A stretch of 64,000 nt of DNA from Hemiscyllium ocellatum (lineage: Eukaryota): contig NC_083409.1 in the NCBI RefSeq assembly GCF_020745735.1, forward strand, positions 18,372,341-18,436,340, in the 5' to 3' direction. Positions 11,460 to 23,015 of the stretch are shown here, piece by piece. Below the pieces are notes generated by a model. The model searched no databases, had not been told where the DNA came from, and saw nothing but the letters and a program-made list of their open reading frames with translations. Made by a program: the position numbers and the translations under genes. How positions within the stretch are numbered: position 1 is the stretch's first letter; each line of letters starts with the position of its first letter.

Positions 11460-14400
11460 AGATAAATTATACTCTGTTAAAGATTGCACTGGATGAATGC
11501 TGACTCTCTTACTCTGTGAACACTACCTCCAAAGCTGTCTAACTTTGTGTCATTAGCAAACTAGAGTATCTGACTTTCTGTACCATTATCCAATGCATTA
11601 ATAAATAATGTAAATAATTGAGGTGTGCGCACACATTCCTATTGGACACGACTGGTCACATCCTGCCAATTTCAGCAGTTACCCATTATCTCTGTTTTCT
11701 GTCACCTGTCACTCAACCAATTTCGGTATGGCAGTATTTTAGCCTCAATTCTGTGGATTTCTAACTGAGTTGAACAGTTTCTTACATGGGATTTTATCAA
11801 ATGCCTTCTGGAAGTCCCTATAAACAACATCCATTGACATTACTGTGTCCAGTAATTTTGTTTCCTCTTCAAAAATGTTCAATGAGATTTTTCACCATGA
11901 CCAACTTGTCATGAATCCATGCTGATTCTCCCTGATTAACTGACCATTTTCAAGGTCTGCAGTTACCCCCATCCTTGATTATAGACTACAACAATTTCCA
12001 CACCACAAACGTTGGCTTAATGACCTGTAATTCCCTGGCTTTTCTCTAACATCTTTGTTAAATGTGAAATGAAATTTGCAATTTTCCAATTCAGAGGTAC
12101 GACTCCTGAATCCAGGTAACTCTGAAAGATTATAGTCAGGGTGTCTGCAATGTGGTCTATTACTACTTTTTCACCCTAAGGTCCTGAGGATTTGTCACTC
12201 TTTAGTTCCATTATTTTCCTTATTACACATGTTCTATTGACATTAACTTTATTGAGGTGACACAGTGGTTAGCACTGCTGCCTCACAGCACCAGAGTCCC
12301 AGGTTCAATTCCAGCCTTGGGCAATTGCCTGTGTGGAGTTTGCACATTGTCTGCATGGGTTTCCTCCTACTATCCAAAGATGTGCAGGTCAGGTGAATTG
12401 GCCATACTAAATTGCCCATAGTGTTAAGTGCATTAGTCAGAGGGAAAATGGGTCTGGGTGGGTTACTCTTCGGAGGGTCGGTGTGGACTGGTTGGGCCAA
12501 AAGGCATGTTTGCACACTGCAGGGAATCTAATCAGTCCCTGACACAGATCCTCTGTTAATTCCTTTGGGACTTCAGGCAAGTCCTCTTCCTTTTCTAGTG
12601 CAAATCTTGAGGTAAAGTATTTATTTAACATGGCTGTCATTTCCCCATTGTCACTGACAATATCCCTCACTTTCAGTCTTTAATGGCCAACATTGCTCCT
12701 GACCTCCCAGCTTCCCTTTTATGGAACTGTAACATTTCTCCTGATTGATTTTGTTACATGTTTCCTTTCAGAATCCCTTTTGGTAGCTCTTAGAAGCTGA
12801 TATGTGGCCCTTTTGTATCCTTCCCATTCAGCGGAATCTGTCCTTATTTTTTGCTTTTCTGTAAGCCTTTTTTAACATTTTATTCTTTCCCTGATCTCTT
12901 TAATTGACCATTGTTGTTTGTTCGCTTTTCCCTCTCAGGTATAAACTGGCTTTGTTTTGTGTTGAATGTTCCTTTAAATATTCCCCACTGTTCTTCAGTT
13001 GTTTTACCCATGAGCAGATTTTCCCAGTTTATTGTGGACAGTTTCTGTCGCATCTTGTTAAAGTCGGCCCTTACCTTAATCTCAAATCTAGCAGCTGATT
13101 CATGCTTTTTACTTTCAAATGCGACACTGAACTAGATCATGTTATGATCGCTATTTGTTAAATGTTCATGCACAAATAGTTACGAACTAAATCTGGCTCA
13201 TTATTCATTACTAATTCCAATATTGCTTGTCCCCTTGTTGTATCCAGGACCTATTGCTGTTGGAAACTATTCTGGACACACAGCAGCAATTCACTACCTT
13301 TCTGACAGAGGGCTTGTCTGTCTCCCAATCTAAGTTAAAGTTAAACTTCCCCATTAATAATACACTGGCTTTGCTACACACTTGTCTAATTCCTCCATTT
13401 ATATAATCCAGCACCTCAGAGCTGCTGTCAGGGGGGTCTGTATCCAACATCTATTACAGTTTTCGATCCTTTCCTGCTCCTCAGTCCCACTGAATGTTTT
13501 CTCCTCATTATGACCTCCCTCACCATTGAAGCCATTTTTTCCCTCATCAATGAAGCTGCTCCACCTCTTCTGCCATTTCCCTATATCCATCCTGTGAACC
13601 TTCTAACCCGATAGATATCGTTCCCAATCTGAATGATTCTGCAACTATGGCTCAGTAATTGATCCGATACCACAATCTTAAATTTGAATTTGTGCCTGCA
13701 GATTATTGTATTTATTCCTTACGCTCCGTGCATTCGTATATAGAACTCGTATTTGGTCCATTCACTGGAATCTGTTCCTCAGCACTGATGCTGTATTCAC
13801 CTCTTTCTTATTTCTCTCCATCTGTCTAATCAATATCCTTCTGATAGCTTTCCTGATATTGTCCAAATAGGGCCTTTTGCCGATTTTTGTTGATGTTGTT
13901 GGTCCCAACACAGACAACAACAACTGGATCCTCAACCCCCACCCCACCCCCCAAGTCTGTTATACTTAAAAGCCGGCTCGAGATGCCCTTACCTTGAAAC
14001 CAGGCAGGCAACACACCATGTGGGGCTCTCAATCCTGCTCACAAAGGATGCTATCAGTTCCCCTCATTATCAAGACCCCTCTTTTCTTTATGCTCCCCCA
14101 GTCTGAGTGGTCTCCTGGACCATGGTGCAGTGGTTTCCTTCGTTCATTCATAGGAAATGGACATCTCTGGCCAAGCCAGCAATGACTGCCCTTAGGAGTC
14201 ATCGAATCATAGAATCCATACCGTGTGAAACAGGCCATTCAGACCAATGAGTCCACACCAACATTCTGAAGAGCATCCCACCCAGACTTGTCTCCCTACC
14301 TTATCCCTGTAAATCTGCATCTCCCATGGCTAATGCACCTAACCTACACATCCCTACATTTTCCCCAGTTTAGACATTATAATTTCTGCTCTATCTTTAT

Positions 14401-14850
14401 CTTTTTATATAATGACTTTGAAACTTACAGAGTTATGGTCACTATCACCAAAATCCTCAAACTACATTTGCCCATTCTCCCGACAATCCTTTTCCTCATT
14501 GACACAGGGAGCAAGTACCTCATTCCTGTTGGACAAGGAGCTGAGGCACCTGTAAGGCTAAATCCAGGCTGCATCGGCCTGTTCACTTTTGGTCACACCC
14601 TCCTGTCCCTGACCACTGGCCATAATTTGAAGTATTTAACCTACAAGGTGTGACTGTCTCCCCAAACACAGTGTCCAGGTAACTCTCCCCCTCCCTGATG
14701 TGTCGCAGTGTTTGAAGCTCAGATTCCAGCTCATCAACTCTGAGCTGGAGTGCCTTGAGCAACCAACACTTGCTGTAGATGTGGTCACTCTGAGCTACAA
14801 TGGGCTCCACCAGCTTCCCCATCGTACAATTACTACACATCGCCCGGCCC
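11460..14850 (-). mobile_element. Decayed CR1 LINE (ORF1 N-terminal Zn finger/coiled coil, esterase, endonuclease, RT) with nested SINEs
   Basis: 14583-14840 CSNC...LQLRVDELESELQTL; 13826-14032 VVVCVGTNNI; 13211-13450 LLMGKFNFNLDW; RT-like sequence continues to ~11500. Confidence 0.7.
12256..12533 (+). mobile_element. HE1-type tRNA SINE
   Basis: GGTGACACAGTGGTTAGCACTG A box, GGTTCAATTCC B box, AATCTAATC tail; homologous to 2681-2975 in reverse. Confidence 0.85.
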
Positions 14851-15269
14851 TGTATGTGGGAATTATTTGAGGAGTTTTTAATTTATATTTTAAAATTTGC
14901 TGCTGGTCTTTAGTTTTTAATCTGTAAAATATTTCCGTCCAGGAGACAGAGAAGGTGCCAGCACAGGAGGAGGCTGTTCAGCCCCTCGTGTCAGTGCTAG
15001 CTGTTTACGAGCCTCAATTACAATGAACATCTCCATTGAATGTCTGTTGTCAGGAAGTGATTGAGTCTGTTTTTAGAGACAGAATAACGGACAAATATGA
15101 ACTGGTCCGAGAGAGTCAGCATGGATTGACAAAGGTTCAGACATCTTTAAATAACCGGATTACACTTTGTTAGGAGCTCACTAGTTTGGGATATAAGGGA
15201 ATGTCGATGGCTATTGTCTATCGGGACTTCCAAAAAACATTTAAGTATGTTCCACAAAAGAAACATTGA

Positions 15270-15412
15270 TTCAGATCTTACACTCCACAACCATCTGATG
15301 AAGGAGCAGTGCTCCAAACGCTGATGCTTCCAAACAAACCTGTTGCATTAGAACCTGGTGTTGTGTGATTTTTAACATTTACATAACAGTCCAACACCGG
15401 CATCTCCAAATC
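15270..15412 (-). repeat. Short Penelope-end-derived repeat (single arm)
   Basis: CTGATGAAGGAGCAGTGCTCC...CCTGGTGTTGTGTGATTTTTAAC; same family as 23475-23672 and 35715-35840. Confidence 0.55.
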
Positions 15413-15659
15413 ATGGAATTGGATGGAATTTGAGAAATGCATTTACCTTGGGTCAGGAATGGGTCTGTCTAGGAGACAGAGAGGAAGGATAATGTGCGTG
15501 TGTTCCAATGAGACAGATGTGAGTAGTGGTATTCCCAGGGATCTGTGCTGGGACCTCAGCTTTTCACGATATTTCTCAATGACTTGGATGAAGAAACAGA
15601 GAGCCATATATCCAAGATTATTGATCACACTGAGTGAGGCAGCTTGGAGGAGGTCACAG

Positions 15660-16085
15660 AGATAGGGAGGGTGGAAGAACAGGGAGCAGATTGAGAACAA
15701 GGATGAGAATTTAAAAATCGAGGTGTTGCTGGACCAGGAGCTTATGTCAGTCAGTGAGGATTGTGGTGGTATGGTGGGGTGGGGAGGTGTGGGCAGGGGT
15801 ATGGGGTGGACTTGGTGTGAGTTTGAAAACAGACAGCAGAGTTTGGGATGAGCTGATGTTTACGGAAGTCAGTGGCTGTGATGTGGGCCTGGATAACATT
15901 GGAATGGTCACAAAAACATGGTTGAGATTTTCAGTGGCTGATAATTGTGATGTGGAGGATTTGGGCCTCAAATCAGCCCCAAAGATGAGGCCAAAGTTGT
16001 AAAGAGTCTGGTTGAGCAGCAGACAGTGCTCAGGGAGAGGGATGGAGCTTGTACCGGGAGCTGAAGAGGATGGCTTTGATCTTCC
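15660..16085 (-). mobile_element. L2-like LINE RT C-terminal relic
   Basis: ORF 15747-16088 IPLPEHCLLLNQTLYNFGLIFG resembles the L2 ORF2 NLGV-F-D region. Confidence 0.55.
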
Positions 16086-16149
16086 CAATGTGTTTCCCAG
16101 TGAGCCTGGCTCCTCAGTCCTGACTGCTCTTAGCTGCTGTGATTGTCAC

Positions 16150-16290
16150 TGATTGGACACTTATTATTAGAGATTCTGACCACAGCAGAAAGCCCCAGTG
16201 TAAAAAATAAATGCAAAGACTGTCAGAGCACAAGGTTGAAACTTCACCAAGAGAGGAAGTGAAAGAAAGAGCTCGGAGCAGCTGGGTGTT
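16150..16290 (+). promoter_or_regulatory. Candidate B-cell enhancer motif cluster ~5.3 kb upstream of the V leader
   Basis: ACCACA Runx site 16179-16184, ATGCAAAG octamer variant 16211-16218, ETS-IRF composite GGAAGTGAAA 16255-16264 and E-box CAGCTG 16279-16284, in an apparently non-repetitive island. Confidence 0.45.
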
Positions 16291-16599
16291 TGTTACTGAG
16301 ACGGGAGAAAACTGTAAACTGTCTGCACTCCCTGGAATCTGACAGCACAGGAGGAGGCCATTCAGCCCATCATGCCTTTGAATGACCCAGTGAATCCCAC
16401 TGCTCCCCTCTCTCTCCCCATAACCCAGCAAATCTTTCCTTTACAGCTCAATCTCCAATTCTCTCTTATAGACCTCATGTCCACAGAGTGAGACTGCCCT
16501 GAACCTGGGCTTCAAATTGGCATCTCATTCATTCATTGGGAGACAAACTGCCTGGGCTGGGAAATGGAGTTCAGGACCTTGAACATTCCCTCTCCCCTC

Positions 16600-18760
16600 C
16601 TGAGGGACACTTCATTTGGTTTTGCATATTCACTTGTGGGAAGTGGGCTTCACCGGCTGGGCCAACATTTTTTACCCTGTCCCTAGTTGCCCTGGAGAAG
16701 GCGGTGGGAACCTGACTTTTTGACTATAGTCCACAAGACGTAAGTTGACCCACAATGCTGTTGGGGAGAGAATGCCAGCATTTTAACCCAGCAAGGCTGA
16801 GGGATCAGCGACATATTTCCAAGTCCGGATGCTAAGCTTTTTTGAGGGGAACTTGCAGCTCACAGTGTTCCCATGTATCTGCTGCTCTTGTTCTAAATGG
16901 AAGTGAACGTGGGTTTGGAGGGAAACCAAAAGAACTGCAGATGCTGTAAATCTGAGACAAAAATAGAAAGTGCTGGAAAAGCTCAGCAGGTCTGGCAGCA
17001 TCTGTGAAGAGAAATCAGAGTTAATATTTCATGCTCAACCCGAAATGTTAATTCTGATTTCTCTCCAAGATGCTGCCAGACCTGCTGAGCTTTTCCTGCA
17101 ATTTCTATTTTTGTCCATGGGTTTGGAAGGTGCTATCTGAAGATCGGTGATGAATTTCTGCAGTGCATCTTTTCGATAATACACACTGCTGCTATGGAGC
17201 GTCAGTGACGGTGAGTTTGGATGCTTTGAGAATGCGATGCCAATCAAGGAGTTTGCTTTGCTCTGGATGGTATCAAGCTTTTTGAGTGGATAAGAAAGAC
17301 ATAGGATACAATCGACATAGATAGGAAAGGTTTCAAGGGATATGTGTGAAATGCAGGCAAATAAGATGAGTTCACTTCAGAAAACCTGGTCAGCATGTAG
17401 AAGTTTGGCTTAAGGGTTTGTTCCTGTGCTGTATGACTCTGTGAATGTTGTTGGAGCTGCACCTGTCCAGGCAAGTGGGGAGTATTTGCTCACACTCCTG
17501 ACTTGGTTGACAGGCTTTGGGGGATCAGGAGGTGAATTACTGGATGCAGTATTCCTAGCCTCTAACTTGCTCTTGTAACCACTGTGTTTCTTTGGTGAAT
17601 CCAGTTGTGTTTCTGGTCAATGGCACCTCAAGAATGTTGATCGTGGGGATTCAGTGATGGTAATAGCATTGATTGTCAAGGGGCGATGTTAAGTTTGTCT
17701 CTTATTGGTGATGGTGATTGGCTGGCATTTGCATGGCACCAATGGGAAATGTCACTTCTCAGACAAAACCTGGATATTGTCCAGATATTGTTGCATTTGC
17801 ACGTGGACTGCTTCAGTATCTGAGGAGTTGAGAAGAGTGCTGAGCATTATGCAATCTTTGGCAATCATCCCCATTTACGAGTTTGCCTTGAGTTGCAATA
17901 TCTGTTTGGAGTCTGTCCTATTTAGTACGGTGATAGTACCACACAACACAATGGAGGGGATTCTCAATGTGAAGGTCAGACTTTGTTTCCACAAGGACTG
18001 TGTGATGGTCACTCTTACCAACACTGTCAAGGACAGATGCATCTACAGCCACAAGATTGGTGAGGATGGGGTCAAGCATCTTTTTCCATCTTTTTGGTTC
18101 CAGCTGCAGAGCCAGTCCCTCAGCTACATCCATGAGGAACCAACCAGCTCGATCAGTAATGCTGCTGCCGAGCCACTCTCAGTGGTGGACATTGAAACCC
18201 CCCACCCAGAGTACACTCTCTGCTGTCATCACCCTCAGTGCTTCCTCCAAATGTTGTTCAACACCCAGGAGAGACTGATTCATCAGCCGAGGGAGCAAGA
18301 TATCTTGTAATCACCAGGAGGTTTCCTCGCCCATGTTTAACCTGGTGTCATGAGGTCCAGAGCCAGCTTTGAGATTTCCCAGGGTAACTCCCTTCTGGCT
18401 GTAGACCACTGTGTCATCAGCTCTGCTGGGTCTGCCTTTCTGGTGGGACAGGACACATGCAGGGACAGTGATGGTGGTGTCTGGGACATTGTCTGTATGG
18501 TTCTGTGAGTATGACAGTGTCAGGCTGTTGCTTGAGTCATCTGTGAGACAGCTCTCCTGAATTTGGCACTAGCTCCCAGATGTCAGTAAGGAGGATGGAG
18601 CAGGGTAGACAGGACTGTTTCTGTCATTGTCTTTTCGGTGTCTAGATCGATGCCTGTGGTCCGTCCGGTCTCATTTCTTTGTTGAAACATTGTCACAATT
18701 GATACAACTGAGAGCCTTGCTCGGCCATTTCAGAGGGCACTAGAGAGTCAACCACATTGC
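16600..18760 (-). mobile_element. Decayed APE-type LINE (non-CR1 family) with nested short repeats
   Basis: Endonuclease motifs GGFNVHH (~18190, minus strand) and LDPILTN...GKSDHHTV (17918-18133); its 3' end at ~16600-16720 resembles the tail of the SINE at 32514-32865. Confidence 0.6.
16956..17115. repeat. Palindromic short element (~73-bp inverted arms)
   Basis: GACAAAAATAGAAAGTGCTGGAAAAGCTCAGCAGGTCTGGCAGCATC... is mirrored by ...GATGCTGCCAGACCTGCTGAGCTTTTCCTGCAATTTCTATTTTTGTC. Confidence 0.8.
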
Positions 18761-19589
18761 TAGAGGACAGTGCCGTGTACCCCAGCAGTACATTCCCACC
18801 TCCCCCACTTCCCCATTCTGTATATGGAAGGCGGAAGCCTGCCAGCAGGATATTCAACCGCAGGAGCTATCACAGCCCGTGTGCAATTCTGTCCCCACAT
18901 TAAATCCACACAAATCTTGAATTCACATAACTCCTTCAATGTCCAAACATTCCAAGAATGTTCACAAAGTTGCAGTAAGAGGGATGGGGGAGGGGGTGGA
19001 GGAACATAAGAACTAGGAGCAGGAGCAGGCAATTCAGCCCCTCGAGCCCACTCCACCATTTAATACAATCATGGCTGATCCCATCTCAGACTCAACTCCA
19101 CTTTCCTGCCCACTCTCCATCATCCTTTAACCCATTACCCATTAAATATCTGTCCATCTCCTCCTTGGTGTGAGACAGGGAAGGGACCACTCCATTTCAG
19201 AAAAGACTGACCATGGAAGGGGAAGGAGAGGGGAAGGGATTGGAACATGTTGTGAATGGACAGGATGGGTCAGTGGGTCAGAGCTTGTCCTGTGCCTCCA
19301 ACTCACACTGATGATCTGAGGATCTCCTCTCTCTGCTAGGCCTTCATGGAATGAGCTTTGTGTCCAAATCAGTCCCCAGTGAGAATAGGCCAACAGCACA
19401 GAACAGCACAGAACTGCCCTTCATTTGACCAGAATCTGTCCATCTTCCTGGGAGAGGCCAAACCCTGGTCAACGTGGAAATAGGGCCTTACTCCAGGAGA
19501 AGACAGGGGTCAAGGGTTAACATCCATTAGTGGAGCAGAGCAGAGGGAGATTTATCCTGCATTCAACTGTCACCACCCAGGACACTGTC

Positions 19590-20212
19590 AGAAAGAGAGA
19601 GCAGTGAGGCAGAGAGAGATGAGGGAGTGAGTGTGGGGTGAAAGTGTGAGTGAGAGAGAGTGAGACAGAGAGAGATGGAGGGTGAGTGTGTGTGTGTGTG
19701 TGAGTGAGAGAGAGTAAGAGAGTGAGAGAGAGAGATAGAGGGACGAGCATCTGATACGGTGTAAGATATGTGAGGGGACCGAGAGAGTTAGAGGGAGGTA
19801 GAAATGGTGAGGCTGAGGGATAGAGAGTGAAACAAGATGTGAGACAGTGTGACTGAGAGGGATGGAGAGAGAGAAAGAGACAAGGAGAGAGAGAGAGAGA
19901 GAGAGACAGGATGGGTGTGAGACAAAGCATGAAGAGAGTTGAGAGGGAGGGTAGAGTTGAGTGTGAGAGAGAGAGATGAGTATGGGTAGATTTATAATGA
20001 CAGAGAGAGAGAGGGAGAGAGACTGTAAATTGGGATTGTCAGAGGGAAGGAGAGAGAAAGAGGGAGGAATAGAGAGTGACAGATAACAATTGGAGGCTTT
20101 TAATTGAAGTGAGAGAGGGAGCGAGTAACAGAGACAGTGAGAGATGGAGAAACAGATGATAAGATGGAGTGAGAAAGCATCAGTGAGTTGGAGAGAGTGG
20201 CTATGAGACAGA

Positions 20213-20252
<40 letters not shown>

Positions 20253-20330
20253 CATGAAAGAGATTAACAGTGGGAGAGAGAGGTAGAGGTAGAGAGAAAG
20301 AAATGGCAGATGTGAGTCAGAGAGAGAGAG
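19590..20330. repeat. GA/GT-rich low-complexity tract
   Basis: Long purine-rich run with (GT)n and (GA)n blocks. Confidence 0.85.
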
Positions 20331-21352
20331 GGACAGGTCCTGGTCACCACACTCTGGGAAGAATGTGATTGTACCTGAGAGGGTACAGGGAGATTTCCCA
20401 GGATGCTGCCTGAATGTGAGCTTTGAGCAGTGAAGGCTTAACAGGGACCTGATAGAGAGGGATAAGATTATTCAGGACAGTGATAGGGTAGGTAGGATGG
20501 CACTTTTTACATGAGTAAAAGACTTAAAAACCTGGTACAGAGATTGAAGGTAACACAGACATGGACACGTAGAAACTTGGAGCAGCAGTAGGCCATTCGG
20601 CCCTTTGAGTCTGCTCTGTCATTCAGTATGATCATGGCTGTATCAATTTTTGAATGTCATAATTTCTTCGAGGGTCAGTGTGGGCTTGTCGGGCCAAATG
20701 GCCTGTTTCCACACTGTAGGCATTCTATGATCTATGGCTGATCCTCTCTCTCAAAGCCATATTCCTGCCTTCTCCCCATTCTCTTCAAGTTGTTAAAATG
20801 CAAAACAATTATCTCTCTTTTTCTTGAATATATTCAGTTCCTTGTCCTCCACAGCCTTCAGTGGTAGCGAATTCCACAGGTTGACCACCCTCTGAGTGAA
20901 GAAATGTTTCCTCATCTCAGTCCTAAATGGTCTACCCTGTATCCCCCTGAGCCTGTGTCCCCTGGTTCCAGACTCCCCAACCAGGGGAAACCTCCTCCCT
21001 GCCCAGCCCTGTTACAATTTTATATGTTTCAATCAGATCCCCTCTCATCGTTCTGAACACGAGTGAGTCCATGGCCAGGCGAGTTGGAGAATTGGAGAGT
21101 GAGAGGAGAGTTGAGAAGAAATGTTTTCACCCAGAGGGTGGTGGGAGTCTGGAACTCACTGCCTGAAAGGCTGGTTGAGTCACAAACTCTCGTGACATTG
21201 GAGCAGTGTTTAGATATTCCCTTGTGTTGCTGTAACCTCCAGGGTAACGGGCCAAGAGCTGGAGGATGGGATTAGTGTCATCAGACCGCTGTTTACCAGC
21301 ACAGACACAATGGGCCAAATGGCCTCATTCAATGTTGTTCACATCAATGACT

Positions 21353-21383
<31 letters not shown>

Positions 21384-21389
<6 letters not shown>

Positions 21390-21482
21390 AAGTGTGAGGG
21401 GCTGACGTGGCTCTCTCTGCCTGATGCCATTTACATACTGAGGAACACCCAGTCAGACTCTCACAGGCTGCAGCTTTATAAA
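21384..21482 (+). promoter_or_regulatory. Ig light-chain V promoter
   Basis: AAGAGGAAGT PU.1-type box 21384-21393, TGACGTGG 21403-21410, octamer variant ATTTACAT 21429-21436 and TATAAA 21477-21482, 60 bp upstream of the leader ATG; (GA)n immediately 5'. Confidence 0.7.
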
Positions 21483-21542
21483 GCAGAGCCCAGTGAAGGG
21501 AGAGTTTATCAGGAACCAGGCACAGGGACAGGAGCACACACC

Positions 21543-21591
21543 ATGATTTCACACATCCAGCTGATCTGGCCCCTGGCATTCTGTGTCGCAG
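21543..21591 (+). CDS. IGKV: Ig kappa-type leader exon (MISHIQLIWPLAFCVA-G)
   Basis: ATG at 21543, hydrophobic signal peptide, phase-1 donor G|GTACAA; 186-bp intron to acceptor CCCTCAG at 21777. Confidence 0.92.
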
Positions 21592-21777
21592 GTACAAATC
21601 TCTCTCCTTCCACCTTGAATCTTTCGCTGCTCTCCATTTCACTCCAATTCCACTGACTTGTGATTGAAGGGAAAATGCTGAAACCAGAGGAATGCTCAGT
21701 GTCTCCAACAATCTCTCATTTGACAGGCTCTTTCTGTGACAGTTCTGACTTCACTGTGTTTCTCTCTGACCCCTCAG

Positions 21778-22076
21778 GTATCAGTGGGGACATCACCATG
21801 ACCCAGTCTCCCCCGGTGCTGTCAGTGGGACTGGGCCAGACCGCAACCATCACCTGTAAGGCCAGTCAAAGCATTAGCAGCTACCTTGCTTGGTACCAGC
21901 AGCGAGAAGGTCAGAAACCCTCTCTCCTGATCTATGCTGCAACAACTCGATTCACAGGAGTCTCCGATCGATTCACCGGCAGTGGATCAGGGACCAGTTT
22001 CACCCTGACAATCAGCAACGTTCAGAATGAGGATGTCGCTGACTATTACTGTCAGCAGGGTTACAGCTACCCTCAA
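21778..22076 (+). CDS. IGKV: Ig kappa-type (shark type III/NS4-like) V exon, open and germline
   Basis: [100 protein letters not shown]; both Cys and the Trp are intact. Confidence 0.97.
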
Positions 22077-22104
22077 CACAGTGACACAGAGCTGTACAAA
22101 AACC
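22077..22104 (+). other. V recombination signal sequence, 12-bp spacer
   Basis: CACAGTG (22077-22083) + ACACAGAGCTGT + ACAAAAACC (22096-22104); perfect consensus. Confidence 0.97.
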
Positions 22105-22540
22105 TCAACACGCACAACACCACCTCCTGGACTGACACATCGCACAGTTACATAAAATGTATAATAATGAACACACAGTCTCACCGCCTGAAGTGATATA
22201 TCCAGTTAGATCTGAATGAAACTGATCAAATTACCCCAAACTGGGATTTCCACTGTCCACGGCACACTCCAGTCCCTGTGGTGTCTCAACGCTCACTGAA
22301 GGCCTCAAGTTTCTCTCTTACACTACATGGCCACATGTGAAGAGCTGCCTCAAGATTTAACATCGAAAAATAAATTTCACAAACCTCCCGAGCCCAGCTG
22401 GAAACAACCCAGAGAGACAGAGAGAGAAAGACACATGAATGAGGGAGAGACAGAGAGGGGCAGGGAGAGGGTGAGAGTGAGTGAGAGACAGACAGAGACA
22501 GAGAGAGGTTGACAGTGATAAGAGGGAAGCAGAGAGCTGA

Positions 22541-22579
22541 GGTTTTTGTACAGCCTCTGCACTGGGAGCTCTCACTGTG
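22541..22579 (-). other. J recombination signal sequence, 23-bp spacer
   Basis: GGTTTTTGT (22541-22549) + 23 bp + CACTGTG (22573-22579); perfect consensus. V12/J23 is the kappa configuration. Confidence 0.97.
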
Positions 22580-22614
22580 GCTTACGTTCGGTAAAGGAAC
22601 CAAGCTCAGACTGA
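22580..22614 (+). CDS. IGKJ: Ig kappa-type J segment (LTFGKGTKLRL)
   Basis: FGxGT motif, phase-1 donor A|GTAAGT; the only J found. Confidence 0.96.
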
Positions 22615-22988
22615 GTAAGTAAACCTCAATCCTCTGTTATTAACCCTTTCAATACTGAAACACACTTTCTAAAATACAGTTGCTGATTTGTTGAAGGTGT
22701 TAGTGGGAAGCTGCAGTGAATGAAATGGTTGATTGAGGAGCACTGTGTCTAACAGGGTGTCCAGCTGTATTTCTTTACTTTCATGCCCTCTTTAAAAAAA
22801 GCAAGATATAAGTCAGTAAGTTTTACTCACCGTGTGGAGGAGCTCTGTCCATTTGCAGCCTGTGGTCCCATTCCTGCAGCATGGAGTGAAATCAGTGAGT
22901 AGCCTCCTGCCAGTCTCAGTGTGACGGACACGGGCAGAGTTTGATGTGAGCTCTGGCTCCCTGTCCCAGTCTCTGATCTCACTGACCT

Positions 22989-23015
22989 CAGCAGCAGCAG
23001 CAGCAGCAGCAGCAG
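22989..23015. repeat. (CAG)9 trinucleotide repeat
   Basis: Nine perfect CAG units. Confidence 0.95.

Noticed and set aside
21752-21758. CACTGTG in the leader intron as a cryptic RSS
   Set aside because: No nonamer at 12 or 23 bp.
22143-22180. CACAGTT/CACAGTC in the V-J spacer suggesting a D segment or second V RSS
   Set aside because: No nonamers and no coding segment; light chains lack D.
22741-22747. CACTGTG downstream of J suggesting a second J
   Set aside because: No nonamer and no FGxG motif follows.
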